A stretch of 64,000 bases of DNA from contig JBMOMW010000059.1 in NCBI GenBank assembly GCA_049325255.1, forward strand, positions 585 to 64,584, written 5' to 3'. Positions within the stretch are counted from its first letter, which is position 1; every line of letters starts with the position of its first letter. This stretch comes from Pseudomonadota bacterium (GTDB lineage Bacteria; Pseudomonadota; Alphaproteobacteria; UBA11222). The notes below the pieces were generated by a model. The model did not search any database. It saw only the letters and a program-made list of their open reading frames with translations, and was not told where the DNA came from. Both the position numbers and the translations under genes were made by a program. This document shows positions 58,927 through 64,000 of this stretch, piece after piece.

Positions 58927-61365
58927 TCAACTGACAAGCTCAAGTGATTTGAACTCATGCACATGCACACCCTGTGTGGCGCGTTCCGCCCACGGATCCT
59001 TCTGCACAAATTTCTGTGACATCAAAAACCGCGCATTCAGCCGCGCGCGGCTTTGCGGATCGTTAACGACCTTCTCTTTCACATGTTCAAGGCCGACACG
59101 TTCCACCCAGGGCGCGGTGCGTTCCAGGTAATGCGCCTCCTGCCGGTAAAGCTGCATGAAGGCGCCGCAATATTCCAGCACCTCCGCCTCGGTTTCGACC
59201 TTGCATAACAGATCGGTCACGCGCACCTTGATGCCGCCATTGCCGCCGACATGCAGCTCCCACCCGGAATCAACCGCGATCACGCCGAAATCCTTGATGG
59301 TCGCCTCGGCGCAATTGCGCGGACAGCCGGACACGGCCATCTTCACCTTGTGCGGGGTCCAGCTTCCCCAGGTCATCTTTTCAATCAGCACGCCCATGGA
59401 CAGCGAAGCCTGGGTGCCAAACCGGCACCATTCCGAACCCACACAGGTTTTGACGGTGCGCAGCGCCTTGCCATAGGCGTGACCCGACACCAGGCCACCC
59501 GCATTCAGGTCTCTCCAGACATCGGGCAATTGTTCTTTTTTGACGCCCAGCAAATCGATGCGCTGACCGCCGGTGACTTTTACGGTCGGGATATCATATT
59601 TATCAACGACATCGGCGATGGTGCGCAGCTCCTTCGCATTGGTCAGCCCGCCCCACATGCGCGGCACAACGGAATAGGTGCCGTCTTTCTGGATATTCGC
59701 GTGCGCGCGTTCATTGATAAAGCGCGACTGGTAATCATCCACATATTCTCCCGGCCAGTCACAGACCAGATAATAGTTCAGCGCCGGACGGCAGGTGGAA
59801 CAGCCATTGGCGGTCTTCCATTGCAGCTCCTGCATCAGGGCGGGAATGCTTTTCAGTTCCTTGGCCAGAATCAGGCGGCGCACATCGTCATGCGATAAAT
59901 CCGTACACTTGCAAAGCGGCTTGACGCCAGACCCGGCCGAGTACCCATCGCCAAGCGTCAGCACCAATAACTGCTCAACCAGCCCGGTGCACGAACCGCA
60001 CGAACCCGACGCTTTTGTCTTGGCGCGCACTTCATCCAGCGTGCTAAGCCCGTGATCATTGATCGCGGTAACGATCCTGCCCTTGCATACGCCGTTACAG
60101 CCGCAGATTTCCGCCGTATCCGGCAGTGCCGCAACGGCGGAGCTAGGGTTTTCCTGGGCGCCTCCGGCAAAGGCCTGGCCAAATATCAGACTGTCGCGCA
60201 GCGGCGAAATATCTTCGCCATCGCGCAGCATCTGGAAATACCATCCGCCATCGCTGGTGTCGCCATATAACACCGCGCCACGGATGCGGTTGTCTTTCAG
60301 CACCAGCCGCTTGTACACACCGCGTGACGCGTCGCGCAGAATAATGTCTTCGGTGCCTTCGCCATCCGAAAAATCGCCAGCGGAAAACAGATCAATGCCG
60401 GAAACTTTCAACCGCGTATTGGTGACAGAACCGGAATAGGCGGCCTGCGCATCATCGGCAAGCTGACCCGCCACCACTTTCGCCATGTCGAACAGCGGCG
60501 CCACCAGACCATACACGGCGCCGCGATGCTGCACGCATTCGCCCACCGCCAGGATCGCGGGATCAGAGGTGATCATATGATCATCCACCACAATGCCGCG
60601 CTCGCAGGTAAGGCCGGACGCTTTGGCAAGCCCGATGCTGGGCTTGATGCCGACCGCCATGACCACCAGATCGGCGTCGATGCGCCGGCCATCCTCCAGC
60701 AGAATGCCTTCGGCTTTATCCTTGCCGTAAATTTCCTTGCTGTTGGCCCTGGTATTGATTTCGATGCCGCGCGCTTCGAGTTCGCGTTGCAGCAGATAGC
60801 CCGCCGCTTCGTCCAACTGGCGCTCCATCAGGGTTGGCATCAGGTGAATGACGCTGACCTGCATGCCGTTGGCGCGCAACCCATTGGCGGCTTCCAGCCC
60901 CAGCAGGCCGCCGCCGATAACGATGGCGCGTTTATGGGTGCGGCTGGCCGCCAGCATCTTCTCCACATCCAGCACATCGCGGAAGGTCACCACGCCGGGC
61001 AGATTGGCGCCTGGAATGGGCAACATGAACGGGTCCGATCCGGTGGCGATCAGCAAACGGTCATATTTGGCCCGGATGCCACAAGCGCTGACTACCTCAC
61101 GCGTCTCGCGATCAATACATTCGATCTTCGCGCCCATATGCAGGACAATGGCATTGTCCGCATACCAGTCGCGGCCATTGATAACGATGTCCTCAAAACT
61201 CTTTTCCCCGGCCAGCAGGGGCGACAGCATGATGCGGTTGTAATTCACATTGGGTTCCGCACCAAACACGGTGATGTCATAGACGCCCGGCGCGCGTTCG
61301 AGCAACTCCTCGACCGCCCGCATACCCGCCATGCCATTGCCGATAACAACCAGCCTCGGTTTCAT
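58927..61365 (-). CDS. nirB: NAD(P)H-dependent assimilatory nitrite reductase large subunit
   Basis: Start is at ATG 61365 (MKPRLVVIGNGMAGMRAVEELL). It has FAD/NAD folds, a BFD-like domain and a sirohaem/4Fe-4S region (TGGQRIDL, CxxxxxC). The upstream 73 codons of the ORF look non-coding. Confidence 0.94.
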   Translation of the reverse strand: MKPRLVVIGNGMAGMRAVEELLERAPGVYDITVFGAEPNVNYNRIMLSPLLAGEKSFEDIVINGRDWYADNAIVLHMGAKIECIDRETREVVSACGIRAKYDRLLIATGSDPFMLPIPGANLPGVVTFRDVLDVEKMLAASRTHKRAIVIGGGLLGLEAANGLRANGMQVSVIHLMPTLMERQLDEAAGYLLQRELEARGIEINTRANSKEIYGKDKAEGILLEDGRRIDADLVVMAVGIKPSIGLAKASGLTCERGIVVDDHMITSDPAILAVGECVQHRGAVYGLVAPLFDMAKVVAGQLADDAQAAYSGSVTNTRLKVSGIDLFSAGDFSDGEGTEDIILRDASRGVYKRLVLKDNRIRGAVLYGDTSDGGWYFQMLRDGEDISPLRDSLIFGQAFAGGAQENPSSAVAALPDTAEICGCNGVCKGRIVTAINDHGLSTLDEVRAKTKASGSCGSCTGLVEQLLVLTLGDGYSAGSGVKPLCKCTDLSHDDVRRLILAKELKSIPALMQELQWKTANGCSTCRPALNYYLVCDWPGEYVDDYQSRFINERAHANIQKDGTYSVVPRMWGGLTNAKELRTIADVVDKYDIPTVKVTGGQRIDLLGVKKEQLPDVWRDLNAGGLVSGHAYGKALRTVKTCVGSEWCRFGTQASLSMGVLIEKMTWGSWTPHKVKMAVSGCPRNCAEATIKDFGVIAVDSGWELHVGGNGGIKVRVTDLLCKVETEAEVLEYCGAFMQLYRQEAHYLERTAPWVERVGLEHVKEKVVNDPQSRARLNARFLMSQKFVQKDPWAERATQGVHVHEFKSLELVS

Positions 61366-61552
61366 AATCGCACACCCTTTATGCCCAGAACATTCATCCT
61401 GATCCGGGTAACGCAACAATTGGGCCAAGTGTGCTGTCCCAAAAAAATGTGCAGAATATGGGGGTTTTAGGGTTCCTGACGAATAGCTGCCGGTTTTAAT
61501 GCCATATTTTAATGCATAACGCCCATTTGACGGGCAGGCTTGGGGACCGGCG

Positions 61553-61582
61553 AAAAAAACGGCGGATGATGAATCCGCCGCC
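61553..61582 (-). terminator. rho-independent terminator between the ferredoxin gene and nirB
   Basis: The minus strand reads CGGCGGAT-TCATC-ATCCGCCG followed by TTTTTTT. Confidence 0.8.
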
Positions 61583-61649
61583 AAGTTTACCTGAAACCAC
61601 CTTCCTTCGGCATGAAGCGTAAGGTGGGGAGAACACGAACTGGGCTATG

Positions 61650-61949
61650 CTAGGAATTCAAGGTTTCAGCCCAGGCCTGAAGCTCCTTGATACGCATATA
61701 GCCGCCTTCGCCTTCGACGACGCCTTCCTTGCGGGCGTCGTGAATGCAATCCACCGGACAGACCGGAACGCAAAAGCCGCAATCGATGCAGTCTTCCAGA
61801 ACGATCTTGAAACGGCCGCGAAAGTCGCCCGCTATCGCCTTCACCGCATCAACCTTGCCAGGGCACATTTCATCACAGGCGCCACAGCCGATGCAGGTTT
61901 CATCGATATAAAAATGCCCTGCGCGATGTTTTGTCACACGTTCTTGCAT
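61650..61949 (-). CDS. 2x[4Fe-4S] ferredoxin
   Basis: Start is at ATG 61949. Two CxxCxxCxxxCP motifs are present (CIGCGACDEMCP and CIDCGFCVPVCP). Confidence 0.88.
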   Translation of the reverse strand: MQERVTKHRAGHFYIDETCIGCGACDEMCPGKVDAVKAIAGDFRGRFKIVLEDCIDCGFCVPVCPVDCIHDARKEGVVEGEGGYMRIKELQAWAETLNS

Positions 61950-61956
61950 GCCGCGC

Positions 61957-62466
61957 CTACTGATCAAACCTTGTTTCGAGATGATGCGAGTCGTTGATGA
62001 ACTGCTGCATGGTCTGGTTATAGCGGAAGAAATAATCCCGCCGCAGCTGGTCTTCAGCGGTGACCGCAAATTGCGGTTCTCTCATGCTCAGATAATTCAG
62101 CGTAAAGGCATGATCCGGTTTGCCATGGTTTCTTGCGATATTTTCGATGACTTCTTTCCACACCGCCAATGGCGCTTCAAAAGCAAAATCGGAAATATCT
62201 TCGCGCACGGGACTGGCCATCGCCACTTCCGTCACATCATAAGTGTCGAAGGTAAGCCGCACGCTCCAGGGCTTGCCCGCATCACCATCCGTAACGGTGA
62301 ACTGCATCACACAATCCGTATAGCCAAGATGTTCATAACGCGCCAAATTATTGCGCATTACGGACACCAAAGCCTTAAACCAGGCCAGCGAGGGGAACGT
62401 CACCGGCCCCTGGCCCGCCGCCTGCGGCGCAGCCGCCACAGGCATTTCACTTTTCACATTTGCCAT
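61957..62466 (-). CDS. hypothetical protein, SCP2 sterol-carrier-like fold suspected
   Basis: 169 aa from MANVKSEM. SDFAFEAPLAVWKEVIENI...FTLNYLSMREPQFAVTAED resembles the SCP2 C-terminal pattern. Low certainty. Confidence 0.35.
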   Translation of the reverse strand: MANVKSEMPVAAAPQAAGQGPVTFPSLAWFKALVSVMRNNLARYEHLGYTDCVMQFTVTDGDAGKPWSVRLTFDTYDVTEVAMASPVREDISDFAFEAPLAVWKEVIENIARNHGKPDHAFTLNYLSMREPQFAVTAEDQLRRDYFFRYNQTMQQFINDSHHLETRFDQ

Positions 62467-62477
62467 TGTATTTATCC

Positions 62478-63680
62478 TCAGGCTGCGGCCGATCCACCCC
62501 AGGGAAGCTGCATGGGGATCGTGCAACGCGCCCGGCGGTCGAACCCGGTGCGGTCACAGCGTTGCAGATATTCCTCGATAAATACGGTCCACAGCTTGCC
62601 AAGGCCTTCCATACCCTTGTCGATGTTCTTGATGCCGCCGCCAAGCAGGATCGCAACCGGCTCATTCACCGTCGCCTCGCTGAACGCCGTCATGATGATC
62701 TGCTCGCCAAGATCGGCGAAACGGTGCAACTCTTCCTCGGCCTGCGCGCGGTTCGGGTGGTGGTCGAGAAAATATTTGAACTGCAGCACCCCATAGGAAA
62801 CGTGGCGCGCCTCATCCTGCATGCACAGGCGGAAGATTTCCTTGTCTGTATGTGTCTTGGCGATCATTTCGCCGGAGCGGAAAATCGACAGCACCAGACC
62901 TTCGCCGAGCAGATTGAGCAGGAAAGTGCCCATCACATGGTTGGGCGCATCCAGAATGGATTTCAGCGCCCATTCGAACCCGGGCGTCGCATGCATCAGT
63001 CCGCCGCCCATCAGGGCGCGCTTGCGGAACACTTCCTGGTGGCGGGCTTCGTCCATGATCTGGGTGGCCATGAAGCTTTTCACTTCCAGAAAGTCCTGCG
63101 GAATGCGGTAAAGCCATTTGGCGGGAAAATCGCCGGCGGCGAATTCAACCTCGGTCAGGAAGGTGGAAAGCTGGCACGACGCCTTGGCGATGTCCTCTGG
63201 CAATTCTTCAAGTTCACCCCATGGAATATCGCGGGTGGCGCTCCATTGCCGCGCCACCGCCTCTTCATACAGGGGCATGACGTTATCCGACCACACGTCA
63301 TATTTGTGCAGCACGTCATAGCTTTCCAGCACCGGCATCATGTTCTTGTAGGGTTCCCGGATGGAACCGCGCGGCGCGAAGCTTTTCCAGCTGACCATCT
63401 CGTCGATTTCGCCCGAGCCCCTGACCCGGTTGATGTCGTTATAGGTCAGCCCGCGTGAGGAAATCTTCGGCTTCTGGCTGCCCCATCCATTGGCCTCGCC
63501 ATTCATCCAGTGCAGCGAATAGCTGCCCGTGCTAAGGCGTTCGAAATTCTTCTGCAGGATTTCACCCCAGACCTGACCATGGGCATGAAAGTCCTGCTCG
63601 TATTTATCCAAGGCTTCGGAATTGCTGGGCGCAGCGCCCGGCAACGGCTTCAATTTGTCTACTACGACGTCTGTTCCCAT
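62478..63680 (-). CDS. ferritin-like diiron-carboxylate protein (putative oxygenase), 400 aa
   Basis: Ligand pattern is TEVE...MDEARHQ...GEGLV...QDEARHV. It is the first gene of a three-gene operon with the SCP2-like protein and the ferredoxin. Confidence 0.6.
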   Translation of the reverse strand: MGTDVVVDKLKPLPGAAPSNSEALDKYEQDFHAHGQVWGEILQKNFERLSTGSYSLHWMNGEANGWGSQKPKISSRGLTYNDINRVRGSGEIDEMVSWKSFAPRGSIREPYKNMMPVLESYDVLHKYDVWSDNVMPLYEEAVARQWSATRDIPWGELEELPEDIAKASCQLSTFLTEVEFAAGDFPAKWLYRIPQDFLEVKSFMATQIMDEARHQEVFRKRALMGGGLMHATPGFEWALKSILDAPNHVMGTFLLNLLGEGLVLSIFRSGEMIAKTHTDKEIFRLCMQDEARHVSYGVLQFKYFLDHHPNRAQAEEELHRFADLGEQIIMTAFSEATVNEPVAILLGGGIKNIDKGMEGLGKLWTVFIEEYLQRCDRTGFDRRARCTIPMQLPWGGSAAA

Positions 63681-63878
63681 GGAATGATCCTCCGATTATG
63701 TCCGCCTGATCACGGATTGCGTCAGGCTAGCAGGGCTGGATACACAAATCCTGTCTCTATTGAGTGACAAGTCAATAACTTGCTGATGGATTTGTCAATA
63801 GTTTTTTTGCGACCCTTGCATCAGTTAATCTCTTGCAATAGATCGACATAGGTTAAATGTTGTAGTACACATCAGGCC

Positions 63879-64000
63879 ATGAACATACAGACCGCACGCA
63901 GACGCATGAACCCCGATGACCGCCGCGCACAATTGCTTGTGTGCGGGGTGCGGGTATTTGCGCATCTGGGCATAGGCCGCGCCAGCCACGCCGAGGTTGC
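63879..64000 (+). CDS. TetR-family regulator, N-terminal fragment (continues past window end)
   Basis: Hand translation gives MNIQTARRRMNPDDRRAQLLVCGVRVFAHLGIGRASHAEV, which is the start of a TetR HTH. It is divergent from the diiron operon. Confidence 0.6.
   Translation, partial: MNIQTARRRMNPDDRRAQLLVCGVRVFAHLGIGRASHAEV

Noticed and set aside
61491-61515. Sigma54 promoter TGGCAT-N-CCGGCA upstream of nirB
   Set aside because: The GG-to-GC spacing is off by one from the strict TGGCAC-N5-TTGC geometry. I report it only as a direct repeat.
62460-63458. 332-aa plus-strand ORF opposite the 400-aa diiron gene, and 48133..48999 opposite the other diiron gene
   Set aside because: Only the chosen strands show the ordered E/ExxH/E/ExxH ligand sets, SD-linked starts and operon-like spacing.

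Overview
The gene order looks alphaproteobacterial: ffh-rpsP-rimM-trmD-rplS-leuC-leuD-leuB-asd, chvI/chvG beside pckA, and mutM/ubiE-ubiB-coaBC-dut. Spot counts give about 60% G+C in core genes. Most of the window is housekeeping: the SRP and ribosomal cluster, leucine biosynthesis, asd, gltBD, pckA, cysK, dut, coaBC, ubiquinone genes, mutM and the nirBD-nasA nitrate assimilation operon. Several accessory or poorly understood modules sit among these. (1) 1-8.7 kb holds a non-canonical MSHA/T2SS-like filament operon: lipoprotein secretin, ABC-2-type permease, helical-repeat protein, three roughly 260-aa pilin-like proteins, an MshE-like ATPase and a GspF-like platform that runs off the window edge. 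(2) 49.9-53.3 kb holds a divergent pair: a secreted FecR-domain protein with a Pro/Thr tandem-repeat linker and a YfaP-like C-terminal domain, and a TPR plus beta-barrel outer-membrane protein that resembles DUF560/Slam (type XI secretion). (3) Next to it is an AT-rich islet with a Wzy_C (O-antigen ligase/PglL-like) gene. (4) Two TetR-linked ferritin-like diiron oxygenase modules are present, one beside an HpaB-family monooxygenase and one in an operon with an SCP2-like protein and a 2x[4Fe-4S] ferredoxin. (5) HepT/MntA and Phd-like/Doc toxin-antitoxin pairs plus a Baeyer-Villiger monooxygenase are inserted around mutM. (6) A family of short MITE/REP-like palindromic elements is scattered through intergenic regions, and one is linked to an orphan DUF2442 gene between leuC and leuD. 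I found no rRNA, tRNA, CRISPR array, transposase, integrase or prophage genes. All calls rest on reading the ORF translations and the DNA by eye, and no database search was run.
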